DNA of 55,674 nt, filler included, from Nitrospirae bacterium CG2_30_53_67 (GCA_001873285.1; 5 parts of 5 records of this genome joined end to end with filler, not necessarily neighbours in it), one strand, 5' to 3'; positions 1 through 8,739 are shown, counted from the whole stretch's first letter. The notes: generated from the letters alone by a model not told the origin. Numbers and translations are program-made.

Positions 1-2
1 TT

Positions 3-377
3 ACTTATTCTCCAAGTCAGGGAGTCTACTGGAAGCAAGGATATTCCACGGAAAAGGATTTTATCTTCACGACCACGAATTTTCTCACCGTAAAACAGCT
101 CGACCGCATTCATGAGGAGATGGGCGAGGATGAACACCTACTTGTCTGCTGCCGAAAGTTTTCTGCTCCCTGCCGCAACCGGTATCCCAATATTCAAGTG
201 AAGAAGATTCCCCAGATGCTCATGGGCCGCTGCGAGTTTGGACGGGAGGACTACAGTCTGAATATCGTGAACCTGACCGATCTGCAGACGGCGCCGGAGT
301 TCATTCCGCCCGGCCCTGAAGAGAAGCCGGTGAAACCAAAGGTAAAGGTAAATCCCGGTCAGGGGGCTCTGTTCTGA
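3..377 (+). CDS. Type III R-M methyltransferase (Mod) subunit, C-terminal fragment (5' truncated by window edge)
   Basis: The frame is open from base 3 (TYSPSQGVYWKQGYSTEKDFIFTTTNFL...VKKIPQMLMGRCEFGREDYSLNI). This resembles Type III Mod C-termini and it ends 12 bp before a res gene. Confidence 0.8.
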   Translation, partial: TYSPSQGVYWKQGYSTEKDFIFTTTNFLTVKQLDRIHEEMGEDEHLLVCCRKFSAPCRNRYPNIQVKKIPQMLMGRCEFGREDYSLNIVNLTDLQTAPEFIPPGPEEKPVKPKVKVNPGQGALF

Positions 378-389
378 GAGGAGAAACAG

Positions 390-3077
390 ATGAATCAGAA
401 TGCTTCCTATATCCGTAGCCGCCTCAGTTTGAGGAGGCCCCAGTCGGAAAGTCTTGACATCCTCTCGAAGCTTGTTGATCTGCTTGAGCTCAAGAAGTCG
501 CCTGATCTATCTTCCGAACTCGAAAAAGTAAAGTCTCTCTATCCTATCTGTCAGGATTTCGAGCGGGAATTCCCGTCCGTTTGTTTTGCCCTGGCTACGG
601 GTGTAGGTAAGACCCGGCTGATGGGTGCATTCATTGCGTACCTGTTTCTCGAAAAAGGGATACGGAACTTCTTTGTGATGGCCCCGAACCTGACGGTATA
701 TCAGAAGCTGATTACGGATCTTTCCGAGTCCTCCCACCCCAAATATGTGTTCAAAGGTATCGGAGATTTTGCAGCACATGCCCCTCGTATCGTAACCGGG
801 GACACCTATGAGCGGTCGCAGGAAGGCTATCTGTTTTCGGATGTCACCATCAATGTTTTCAACATCTCAAAACTCAACTCCGAAACTCGCGGCGGAAAGG
901 AACCCAGGATTAAGCGGCTTCACGAATGTCTTGGGGATTCCTATTTTAATCACCTGGCAAGTCTTGATGATCTTGTACTTCTCATGGACGAATCGCACCA
1001 TTACCGGGCCGACCGGGGCATGGCCGTGATTAACGAGCTGAATCCGATACTCGGATTGGAACTGACAGCCACACCTCAGGTGGAGCGGGGCGGCCGGACA
1101 ATCAAGTTCAAAAACGTTGTCTATGAATATTCTCTGGCCCAGGCCATTGAGGATGGTTTTGTGAAGGAACCGGCTGTGGCCACGAGAAAGAATTTCGATC
1201 CCTCTAATTATGGGGATGAAGATCTGGATCGGGTCAAGCTGGAAGACGGCCTCAGGATTCATGAGGACACTAAGGTGGCGCTCGATATTTATGCTCGCGA
1301 CAGTGGTGAATCTCTGGTTAAGCCTTTTGTCCTGGTCGTGGCAAAGGATACGGACCATGCAGCCCGGCTCAGAGAGCTTATTCAGTCAACGGCTTTTTTT
1401 GAGGGTCGGTATGCAGACAAGGTTATGGAAATACACTCGGCTCAAACCGGTTCGGAAAAAGAGGAGAACATCGCACAGCTACTGACGCTGGAAAAGCCGG
1501 ACAATAGGATTGAAATTGTGATCCATGTGAACATGCTGAAGGAAGGGTGGGATGTTACGAATCTTTATACCATCATTCCTTTACGTGCGGCAGCTTCCAT
1601 GACGCTTCGTGAACAGACCATCGGGCGCGGCTTACGCCTTCCCTATGGGAAGATTACCGGGGCACCCAAGGTGGACAAGCTTACGATTATAGCCCATGAC
1701 CGTTTTCAGGAGATTGTAGATCTGGCCAATCAGCCCGATTCCATTATTAAGCAGAAGCATATCATCACGATCGATGAGATGGATCTTGAAGGAGCAAAGG
1801 AGGTCGTTACAGCCCATTCCATTGCCGAACAGGAACTGCATGAAGAGGCAGAGAAGATTGCCAATATCGAGGAACCGGAAGAGAAGAAACAGGCCCAACT
1901 TGGACATGAGGCCAAGAAGAACATCCTGAGCATACTGCCCGCTCTTTCTCGGTCCGTGAGACACGCGGGGGATCTCTCCCGGCCTGAAATCCGAGATATG
2001 GCAATAAAGAAAATAGAGGAGAAACTCCAATCCGAACCGCAGAAAGATCTTTTCGCCGGCGACATCATAGCAGAAGCCAAGAATCGCTATAATGCAGTGG
2101 TTGCGGATTTTGTGGCAAGAATCATAGAAATTCCACGTATCGTCATTCAGCAGACCGGAGAAGTCCGTTCCGGCTTCAGAGATTTTGATCTGGATGTCGG
2201 CAACCTGAATTATCAACCGGTGTCCGAAGAGATCATACGTCGGGCCTTGCAGAGCAATGAAATAGATAGCGTGACCGGGGATGGTCGAATTCGGCCGGAT
2301 AGGATTGACAATATCATTGTGAATGAGCTGATCAATTACTCGGAAATCGATTACGATGAGCAAGTTTTCCTTTTGATGAAGCTGGCTGGAGAGGCAGTGG
2401 CCCATTTCAGAACCTATTTAAAGGAGGATGATTTGATCAATGTGGTTCAGTATCACAAGAAGGCGATTGCCGAATATATTTATGCACAGATGATGCAGGA
2501 TGATCATTTTTATGTGGAGGAACCGGAGTTTGAAAAACCGGAGGTTTATCCTTTCACAAAAATAGAAGAGCCCAGTTGCGCCAAGAGCCGTCACGACGGC
2601 GTTCATGATTTCAGAGAGACCGTTACACCCACCTCGGCCATTCCGTCCAAAGTGTTCAGCGGGTTTCAAAAGGCTTGCCACATACTCTACAAGTTTGACT
2701 CCAAGACAGAAAAAGATTTCGCCGTGATTCTTGAAGATGACTCGGCTGTTCTCAAATGGCTTCGGCCTGCCATGAGGCAGTTCAATATTTGGTACAACCA
2801 CAATTCACAGCAATACGTGCCGGATTTCGTGGTCGAGACGGCGGATGCAGTTTACATGGTAGAAACAAAAATGGAAACGGATATGTCTTCCCCGGATGTT
2901 GCCAAGAAGACGCAAGCTGCCCTGGAATACTGCCGCCATGCGACTGACTATACGACCAAGAACGGCGGTAAGCCGTGGAAATACGTCTTGATTCCTCATA
3001 ACGCCGTAATGCTGAATATGAGTTTTGAAGGGTTGGCCATGAGGTATGAAGTTGATACAATACCGCAGAAACCGTAG
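390..3077 (+). CDS. Type III restriction enzyme Res subunit (SF2 helicase plus C-terminal PD-(D/E)xK nuclease)
   Basis: Motifs ATGVGKT (Walker A), DESHH, MLKEGWDV, QTIGRGLR, and C-terminal YVPDFVV...VETK. Confidence 0.9.
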   Translation: MNQNASYIRSRLSLRRPQSESLDILSKLVDLLELKKSPDLSSELEKVKSLYPICQDFEREFPSVCFALATGVGKTRLMGAFIAYLFLEKGIRNFFVMAPNLTVYQKLITDLSESSHPKYVFKGIGDFAAHAPRIVTGDTYERSQEGYLFSDVTINVFNISKLNSETRGGKEPRIKRLHECLGDSYFNHLASLDDLVLLMDESHHYRADRGMAVINELNPILGLELTATPQVERGGRTIKFKNVVYEYSLAQAIEDGFVKEPAVATRKNFDPSNYGDEDLDRVKLEDGLRIHEDTKVALDIYARDSGESLVKPFVLVVAKDTDHAARLRELIQSTAFFEGRYADKVMEIHSAQTGSEKEENIAQLLTLEKPDNRIEIVIHVNMLKEGWDVTNLYTIIPLRAAASMTLREQTIGRGLRLPYGKITGAPKVDKLTIIAHDRFQEIVDLANQPDSIIKQKHIITIDEMDLEGAKEVVTAHSIAEQELHEEAEKIANIEEPEEKKQAQLGHEAKKNILSILPALSRSVRHAGDLSRPEIRDMAIKKIEEKLQSEPQKDLFAGDIIAEAKNRYNAVVADFVARIIEIPRIVIQQTGEVRSGFRDFDLDVGNLNYQPVSEEIIRRALQSNEIDSVTGDGRIRPDRIDNIIVNELINYSEIDYDEQVFLLMKLAGEAVAHFRTYLKEDDLINVVQYHKKAIAEYIYAQMMQDDHFYVEEPEFEKPEVYPFTKIEEPSCAKSRHDGVHDFRETVTPTSAIPSKVFSGFQKACHILYKFDSKTEKDFAVILEDDSAVLKWLRPAMRQFNIWYNHNSQQYVPDFVVETADAVYMVETKMETDMSSPDVAKKTQAALEYCRHATDYTTKNGGKPWKYVLIPHNAVMLNMSFEGLAMRYEVDTIPQKP

Positions 3078-3261
3078 GGACAGTAAAATATGCTGTACAT
3101 AAGATTCTTGAACTTGTTCGGGAAGTAGCCTCTCCAGTATTGAGGTCAAAATAATTGAATGATATTCATAAAAAATATTTCGATTTTAATCTCGCACTAG
3201 AGCGTGTTTTCTGGAATTCGGGGGACACAATACTCAATTCACTCAATAAGGAAAGAAAGCA

Positions 3262-3711
3262 ATGCAAATCTGGATCGACGCCGATGCGTGCCCTAAAGAC
3301 ATCAAGGAAATTCTATTTCGTGCCGCTGAGAGGGTCGGCGTTTCCCTTATTCTTGTTGCCAATAAACCTCTTCGAACCCCGCCATCAAATTATATTAAGG
3401 CCCTCCAGGTGCCTGCCGGCTTTGATGTCGCAGATAACAATATCGTCCAGCAAATACAACAGGGCGACCTGGTCATAACTGCGGATATTCCCCTTGCCGC
3501 TCTGGTCATTGAAAAAGGGGGCCACGCGCTGAATCCCAGAGGAGAGTTTTATACGGAAGATAATATTCAGAAGCGCCTGGCCATGCGTAATTTTATGAGT
3601 GAGATGCGAGGCGGCGGCGTGATTACCGGCGGCCCATCTACGTTGAACCTGAGTGATCGACAGGCCTTTGCAAATGAGTTGGATCGCTTTTTAACCAGGT
3701 ACAGACCATGA
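3262..3711 (+). CDS. yaiI: YaiI/YqxD family protein (DUF188)
   Basis: [11 protein letters not shown] start, [27 protein letters not shown]. Confidence 0.9.
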   Translation: MQIWIDADACPKDIKEILFRAAERVGVSLILVANKPLRTPPSNYIKALQVPAGFDVADNNIVQQIQQGDLVITADIPLAALVIEKGGHALNPRGEFYTEDNIQKRLAMRNFMSEMRGGGVITGGPSTLNLSDRQAFANELDRFLTRYRP

Positions 3712-3754
3712 AAATGGGAGAGCGGCCATCAGCACACATTGGGGACAAACGTTT

Positions 3755-3839
3755 CTCCTCCCCTTTGTAAGGGGAGGTCAGGTTGGGTAGAAAGAATGCA
3801 GATCTACCTCCCCTTTCCCCTCCGTACAAAGGAGGGGAA
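3755..3839. repeat. Intergenic REP-like inverted repeat pair (CCCCTTTGTAAGGGGAG type)
   Basis: CTCCTCCCCTTTGTAAGGGGAGGTCAGGTTGGGTAGA is followed by the inverted TCTACCTCCCCTTTCCCCTCCGTACAAAGGAGGGG. Related arms occur at 4760, 39010-39100, 43443 and 46363. Confidence 0.65.
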
Positions 3840-3898
3840 CCAGAAGGAATAAAAAGGGACCCTATTTGCATGAGTAACATCAGGAAGGGGACAGAGGT

Positions 3899-4693
3899 AT
3901 GACCCATAAACCGGCCCCCGGCAGGTTCAGGCTCACCCTGGAATATGACGGCACACGGTACAGCGGCTGGCAGAAACAGCACGAGGTTAAGACCCTGCAG
4001 GGGTCCCTGTTGCAGGCCGCGGAAACTCTCTTCGGCAGCGATGAGCTGGACATCCAGGGGAGCGGCCGGACCGATGCCGGGGTGCACGCCCTCAATTACA
4101 CAGCCCATCTGGAGGTGAGGACTGATCTTTCCCCTGAGGCCATCCTCCGCGGCATGAATGACGCCCTGCCCAGGGATATGGCGCTTCTCCGGGTGGAAAA
4201 GGCCCATCCGCGTTTCCACGCCCGGCACAACTGCATTGCCAGAAGCTACATCTACCGGCTCTCCAAAAGGAAATCGGCCTTTGACAGGAAATATGTCTGG
4301 TGGGTGCGCGACCCGCTCGATTTGGAGGCCATGCGCCGCGCCGCAGGACTCCTGGTCGGCATGCATGATTTCGTTTCTTTTGCCGAGAAACAGGAGCTGA
4401 AAAAATCGACCATGGCGCTGGTGCACCTTACGGAACTGACCGAGAATGACGGCTTGATCCTTTTCAGGATCATCGGGTCTCATTTCTTATGGAAGATGGT
4501 GCGCCGGATTGTCGGTCTTCTGGTGGAGGTGGGACGGCACGGCCTGGCGGTGGAGGACGTCGGAAGCCTCTTGACGGAGAAATCGGACCGGCCGGTCCGC
4601 TACATTGCCCCGGCGGCGGGGTTGTTCTTTGAACGGGCCTTCTATCACGAACAGGAACTGCAGGAATTTCTGCATCTGAGAGATGAGGCGTAA
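3899..4693 (+). CDS. truA: tRNA pseudouridine synthase A family
   Basis: LEYDGTRYSGWQKQ, GSGRTDAGVHA, FHAR, FLWKMVRRIVG. Confidence 0.92.
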   Translation: MTHKPAPGRFRLTLEYDGTRYSGWQKQHEVKTLQGSLLQAAETLFGSDELDIQGSGRTDAGVHALNYTAHLEVRTDLSPEAILRGMNDALPRDMALLRVEKAHPRFHARHNCIARSYIYRLSKRKSAFDRKYVWWVRDPLDLEAMRRAAGLLVGMHDFVSFAEKQELKKSTMALVHLTELTENDGLILFRIIGSHFLWKMVRRIVGLLVEVGRHGLAVEDVGSLLTEKSDRPVRYIAPAAGLFFERAFYHEQELQEFLHLRDEA

Positions 4694-4699
4694 TTAAAT

Positions 4700-4865
4700 A
4701 AGGGCACCCCCCGGCTCTGCCGGGGGACTCCCAGCTTTTAACCATACCCCCCACCCTTACCCTCTCCCACAAGGGGAGAGGGAACTGATAGTGGGCCTCC
4801 CCTCCCTTGATGGCCTATGGCTCGGAGCCAACGGCTCATAGAGGAGGGGATCGAGGAGAGGGTGA
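4700..4865 (+). mobile_element. IS200/IS605-like left-end hairpin fused to a REP-like palindrome (non-autonomous remnant)
   Basis: CCCCCGGCTCTGCCGGGGGACTC hairpin followed by CCCTCTCCCACAAGGGGAGAGGG...GAGGAGAGGGTGA. The same composite occurs inverted at 38932-39180. Confidence 0.55.
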
Positions 4866-4947
4866 TGACTTTCTCTTCATGCTGCTGCTGTTCGGGAAAT
4901 GGGGCAGTGTTTCCGGCTCCTGAAAAACAGATACTTGTCATTTCATT

Positions 4948-4976
4948 TTGCATGATCGCGGAAACGGTGCTATGAT
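4948..4976 (+). promoter_or_regulatory. Putative sigma70 promoter of the cytochrome-yacG-ADH cluster
   Basis: TTGCAT-17 nt-TATGAT with extended -10 TG, and a GGAGG RBS before ATG 5035. Confidence 0.55.
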
Positions 4977-5034
4977 GCAATCCAATGCGCCTGTACCATC
5001 ATGGGTAAATCTTATCGGGAGGAGGGACTAATTT

Positions 5035-5847
5035 ATGAGCAGGAAATTTGTTGTTCTCGTGGTCATTTTATTCGTTATTGTGAGCGCGCTCTTTCTCTAT
5101 ATCTCACAGGTCGCCTTTAAAGATCCGAAGAGCTGCACTTCGTGTCATTATATTGCTCCTTATTACAAAAAATGGGAAACATCAACGCACAACATGGTGC
5201 CTTGCCTCAAGTGCCACGAGTACAGCTCCCAGCAGGCGCTCGTCGGGCAATTCATGTTTCTTGCCGGCGTATATAATCCTCGGCCCCTTACGAACGTTCC
5301 TGACAAGAACTGTCTCCAGTCCGGATGCCACGAGAAGCGGCTGGTTGAATCAAAAGTGGCGTTCACGAAGCGGGGCATTACCTTTGATCATAAGACGCAC
5401 TTCAACGAAATGAAACGCGGGATCAAACTGCACTGCAGGAGCTGCCATTCGGATATTGTCCAGGGGGAGCATATGAAGGTTTCGACGAATGTCTGCTTTC
5501 TCTGCCACTTTAAAGGCGTGTCCCACGACCAGGCTTTTACGGGATGTCCCTCATGCCATTCGGCGCCCGCAAAGCCCATCATGTACAAAGGGAAATCCTT
5601 TTCCCACGAGGCGGCGTTACAGGCAGGTTACAAATGCAATATATGCCACGTTGAGATCACGCGAGGGGATGGCGTCACGCCTGTAGATAAATGCTACTTC
5701 TGCCATGTGGACAAGACGGAAAGATATTCCGATACCCAGTTCATTCACGAAAAGCATGTGACACAGAAGCAGGTTGACTGTCTCTGGTGTCATCCGAAGA
5801 TCGAACATGGCGAGATAAAGATGGCGGAAGAAATACCGTTGATGTGA
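5035..5847 (+). CDS. Membrane-anchored multiheme c-type cytochrome (~9 hemes, NapC/NirT-like N-terminus)
   Basis: N-terminal TM helix, 8 CxxCH motifs (CTSCH, CLKCH, CRSCH, CFLCH, CPSCH, CNICH, CYFCH, CLWCH) plus one CX4CH (CLQSGCH). Confidence 0.88.
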   Translation: MSRKFVVLVVILFVIVSALFLYISQVAFKDPKSCTSCHYIAPYYKKWETSTHNMVPCLKCHEYSSQQALVGQFMFLAGVYNPRPLTNVPDKNCLQSGCHEKRLVESKVAFTKRGITFDHKTHFNEMKRGIKLHCRSCHSDIVQGEHMKVSTNVCFLCHFKGVSHDQAFTGCPSCHSAPAKPIMYKGKSFSHEAALQAGYKCNICHVEITRGDGVTPVDKCYFCHVDKTERYSDTQFIHEKHVTQKQVDCLWCHPKIEHGEIKMAEEIPLM

Positions 5848-5866
5848 TTGAAAAAAAATAGTTGTT

Positions 5867-6109
5867 ATGAAACGGAAATCACTGCCGCAGGTTCCATGCC
5901 CGATATGCAGGAAGATGACGGACTGGTATGATAATCCGTACCGGCCTTTCTGTTCCGAGCGGTGCAAGCTCCTGGATCTTGGCGCGTGGGCCAGTGAAGG
6001 ATACCGGGTCCCCGGGGAGCCTGTGTCTTATGAGCCTTCGGGCGGCAAGGATGAGGAGGAGAAGCCGGGACCGGAAGAGGGGGAAGACGATGAAGGCGCT
6101 TCGCTTTGA
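5867..6109 (+). CDS. yacG: DNA gyrase inhibitor YacG
   Basis: CPIC...YRPFCSERCKLLDLGAWASEGYRVPG zinc finger with an acidic tail. Confidence 0.9.
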   Translation: MKRKSLPQVPCPICRKMTDWYDNPYRPFCSERCKLLDLGAWASEGYRVPGEPVSYEPSGGKDEEEKPGPEEGEDDEGASL

Positions 6110-7046
6110 GGGGAACCTCAGATATGTGCCGGACTGTCCCGATCCGGCGCCGGCACGGGGCGAGGCCCTGGTCCGGGTGAAGATGGCCGGGATCTGCAGC
6201 ACGGATCTTGAGATCCTCAAGGGTTACATGGGGTTCAAAGGGATACTTGGGCATGAATTCACGGGTGTGGTGGAGGCGTGCGATGACCCCGAACTCATGG
6301 GTAAGAGGGTCGTTGGGGAGATCAACTGCCCGTGCGGGGCCTGCGACATGTGCATAAGAGGTCTCGGCAACCACTGCGCTTCCCGCACCGTTCTCGGGAT
6401 CCAGGGGAGGGACGGGGCCTTTGCCGAGTACCTGACCCTCCCGCAGGAGAATCTTCACCCCCTTCCGGACAGCCTCAGCGATGAACAGGGGGTTTTTGTG
6501 GAACCTGTTGCCGCGGCCTTTGAGATTCTGGAACAGGCGGAGATCGCCCCGGAGGAACGCATTCTGGTGGTTGGGGACGGGAGGCTGGGGTCGCTCGTGG
6601 CGCAGGTCCTGCGCGGTTCCGGTGCGGCGCTGACCGTGATCGGGCGCCATGAAGAGAACCTGGCCATCCTGCACAGGCTCGGGATCCATGCCGTCCTGGA
6701 GAAGGATCTTGCCGGTCTTCAGGGAGCGGATATCGTGGTGGACTGTTCCGGATCGCCCGCAGGCTTTGATCTCAGCAGGCGGCTTGTCAGGCCGGGAGGG
6801 AGGATCGTCCTGAAGAGCACGCTTACCTCTCCGGTGCAGGTCAATCTTTCATCCATAGTTGTGGACGAGATCACCCTGATCGGCTCCCGGTGCGGCCCTT
6901 TCGAACCCGCCATGTGGGCTCTGGCAGGAAGAAAGGTTGATGTTGATTCCATGATCTCGGCCGTCTACCCGTTGGATCAGGGCATTGAGGCCTTGAAAAG
7001 GGCCTCTCTCCCCGGCGTTTTGAAGGTTCTGCTGAAGATGGATTGA
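6090..7046 (+). CDS. Zn-dependent alcohol dehydrogenase (MDR family)
   Basis: Start reassigned to ATG 6090 (MKALRFEG). GICSTD, LGHEF, CGACDMC...NHC structural Zn site, GDGRLG Rossmann motif. Confidence 0.9.
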   Translation: MKALRFEGNLRYVPDCPDPAPARGEALVRVKMAGICSTDLEILKGYMGFKGILGHEFTGVVEACDDPELMGKRVVGEINCPCGACDMCIRGLGNHCASRTVLGIQGRDGAFAEYLTLPQENLHPLPDSLSDEQGVFVEPVAAAFEILEQAEIAPEERILVVGDGRLGSLVAQVLRGSGAALTVIGRHEENLAILHRLGIHAVLEKDLAGLQGADIVVDCSGSPAGFDLSRRLVRPGGRIVLKSTLTSPVQVNLSSIVVDEITLIGSRCGPFEPAMWALAGRKVDVDSMISAVYPLDQGIEALKRASLPGVLKVLLKMD

Positions 7047-7151
7047 ACCGCCAAGCGGTTTTCCCGGCCGTAAAGAAAAAATCCCCGGCCATTTCATGCA
7101 CCGAAGAAGGGGACAGGTTATTTTCCATCCCCTTCGAATCCAGGTTAACAC

Positions 7152-7180
7152 TTGACATCTAACGTTAAACGTTATACCTT
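7152..7180 (+). promoter_or_regulatory. higBA promoter with palindromic operator in the spacer
   Basis: TTGACA-17 nt-TACCTT. The spacer contains the palindrome TAACGTT-A-AACGTTA, and the ATG lies 7 nt after the -10 element (leaderless-like). Confidence 0.65.
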
Positions 7181-7187
7181 TCCATTT

Positions 7188-7469
7188 ATGATCAAGTCTT
7201 TCAGTGACAGAGAGACGGGAAAGGTCTATAGCCGTGAGGGTTCAAGAAGATTGCCGGGAGATATCCAGCAGGTGGCCCTGAGAAAATTGCGCATGATACA
7301 CAATGCAAAAAACATCAATGACTTACGTGTCCCTCCTGCGAACAGGCTGGAAAAGCTTGGCGGAGATAGAGAGGGGCAATACAGCATCAGGATCAATGAT
7401 CAATGGCGTATCTGTTTTTTCTGGAAGGCAGGGGACGCTCATGAGGTTGAAATCATAGATTACCATTAG
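7188..7469 (+). CDS. higB: HigB-type RelE/ParE toxin (plasmid maintenance system killer)
   Basis: MIKSF start, DLRVPPANRLEKL.GDREGQYSIRINDQWRICF...EIIDYH. Confidence 0.92.
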   Translation: MIKSFSDRETGKVYSREGSRRLPGDIQQVALRKLRMIHNAKNINDLRVPPANRLEKLGGDREGQYSIRINDQWRICFFWKAGDAHEVEIIDYH

Positions 7470-7480
7470 GGGTGAAAATC

Positions 7481-7786
7481 ATGAAAAAGAAGAAACTGCA
7501 ACCCGTACATCCAGGCGAGGTACTCCTGGAGGAATTCCTCAATCCCATGGGACTGAGCCAGAGCAAGCTCGCGCTGAACATCGGTGTGCATCCTCGCAGG
7601 ATAAATGAAATTGTACTGCAGAAGAGACGGATTACGGCAGACACGGCCCTGAGACTGGCCAAGTTTTTCGGGACCTCTGCCGAGTTCTGGCTCGGCCTGC
7701 AATCGCAGTATGATTTGGATATAGCGATTGATGAACTGTCTGACCGAATTGACCGGGAGGTCAAAGAGTATTCAGAAGTGGTTTAG
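7481..7786 (+). CDS. higA: HigA family HTH antitoxin
   Basis: PVHPGEVLLEEFL, RINEIV...ITADTALRLAKFFGTSAEFWLGLQ, located directly downstream of the toxin. Confidence 0.92.
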   Translation: MKKKKLQPVHPGEVLLEEFLNPMGLSQSKLALNIGVHPRRINEIVLQKRRITADTALRLAKFFGTSAEFWLGLQSQYDLDIAIDELSDRIDREVKEYSEVV

Positions 7787-7800
7787 CGGTTCAGATAGAT

Positions 7801-7829
7801 TTGACAGCGGAGCAGGATTCTGTTATCTT
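7801..7829 (+). promoter_or_regulatory. Putative sigma70 promoter
   Basis: TTGACA-17 nt-TATCTT with extended -10 TG, upstream of ORF 7927. Confidence 0.55.
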
Positions 7830-7926
7830 CTCCAGACTGTCAGGGTCGTTGCATACACATCCTGCATATTTAGGAGCCCCTGCAAAGAAACTGAAGGGCG
7901 CTCTAACAAAAAAAGGGGATTCAGAA

Positions 7927-8226
7927 ATGGCTGAAAAGAAACAGAAGGGCGGGAAAGTGGTTTCCATCAAGGAAAAGATTCAGGAAAAGATTCAGGTTCT
8001 GAAAAAAGAAGTGATGGAAAAGAAAAAGGCCTCGGAAAAGCCCATCGGGGACAAGGACCTCCGCGACGTGCACAAGACACTCAAGAGGCTTCAGAGAAAA
8101 CTCAGCCGGATGACGGCGCTGGAGAAGCGGGCTGAAGCCAGGGCATCGAGCGCCCCAGAGGAGAAAACCTCCGATGCCGCCGGGGCCGAGCCCGCAGAGG
8201 CCGGAACTGAGAAGGCGGCCGGGTAA
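7927..8226 (+). CDS. Small Lys/Glu-rich coiled-coil hypothetical protein
   Basis: AGGGGA RBS before ATG 7927 and its own promoter. The product is highly charged and helical (MAEKKQKGG...KTLKRLQRKLSR). Confidence 0.7.
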   Translation: MAEKKQKGGKVVSIKEKIQEKIQVLKKEVMEKKKASEKPIGDKDLRDVHKTLKRLQRKLSRMTALEKRAEARASSAPEEKTSDAAGAEPAEAGTEKAAG

Positions 8227-8241
8227 AGAAAAAGGGATACT

Positions 8242-8303
8242 CTCCAAAAGAGTGGGTGAAAACATAAGGGTTCAAGGGGTCAAGGATTCCAGGGGTCAAG
8301 TGA
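8242..8303 (+). repeat. Left arm of an 8-mer-repeat element (GGGTTCAA/GGGGTCAA/GGATTCCA)
   Basis: CTCCAAAAGAGTGGGTGAAAACATAA, then four tandem 8-mers, then GTGAA. Homologous arms occur at 24378, 28175-28335 and 40431-40550. Confidence 0.75.
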
Positions 8304-8304
8304 A

Positions 8305-8475
8305 GTGCTCAAACACTACAAGGAGTTAAAGGAAGGGCCCCAGTCTTATCAATGATGTTTGGAGATTTACAAATTGTGAATTGGAGACACAAGTATTACT
8401 CGCTGAAGATCTTGGTTATATCAGGGATGAGAAGTTAAAGAGACTTAAGAGTGATATCGAGGAGGTTGAGCGGAT
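8305..8475 (+). pseudogene. Decayed four-helix-bundle (23S-IVP/bAvd-like) protein gene
   Basis: VLKHYKELK...SYQ*CLEIYK (in-frame stop), then after an internal deletion CELETQVLLAEDLGYI...DIEEVER. Runs into the contig end. Confidence 0.7.
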
Positions 8476-8575
8476 NNNNNNNNNNNNNNNNNNNNNNNNN
8501 NNNNNNNNNNNNNNNNNNNTTAATTAATTAANNNNNNNNNNNNNNNNNNNNNNNNNNNNNNNNNNNNNNNNNNNN
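8476..8575. other. Artificial contig-joining spacer
   Basis: 100 nt of N-run + TTAATTAATTAA (stops in all six frames) + N-run. Confidence 0.98.
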
Positions 8576-8577
8576 TC

Positions 8578-8739
8578 GGTTTTGTGGCGGCCCTCTCCAC
8601 GGCGGCCATCGAAGGCCTGGCCGGCGTTTTCGGCAAGAGCGCATCCTTTGGATGGCGTCCTGCGGAAGCCTACCTCGGCGGCAAGAAGAAAGAGAAGAAC
8701 AAGGCTGCCGATCATGAGGAAGGGAAGAAGGATGAGTAG
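8578..8739 (+). CDS. C-terminal fragment of an unknown protein (contig start)
   Basis: Open frame GFVAALSTAAIEGLAGVFGKSASFGWRPAEAYLGGKKKEK...DE* with GC3-rich codons, followed by a terminator. Confidence 0.55.
   Translation, partial: GFVAALSTAAIEGLAGVFGKSASFGWRPAEAYLGGKKKEKNKAADHEEGKKDE

Noticed and set aside
3195..3240. TAGAGCGTGTTTT and GAATTCGGGGGACACAATACTCAATTC as transposon or REP ends
   Set aside because: They look like element termini, but each is single-copy here with no partner end or transposase, so they cannot be supported.
5928..6089. N-terminal extension of the ADH in the ORF track, and similar extensions at 7152, 7801, 9642, 10513, 20686, 40601 and 53377
   Set aside because: They overlap neighbouring genes, promoters or repeats. 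Downstream starts with RBS and family-typical N-termini fit better.
8305..8475. Diversity-generating retroelement (bAvd-like gene)
   Set aside because: No reverse transcriptase and no TR/VR pair with adenine-specific mismatches are visible. The gene is decayed.
8520..8531. TTAATTAATTAA as a biological motif
   Set aside because: It is embedded in N-runs four times identically, so it is an assembly linker.
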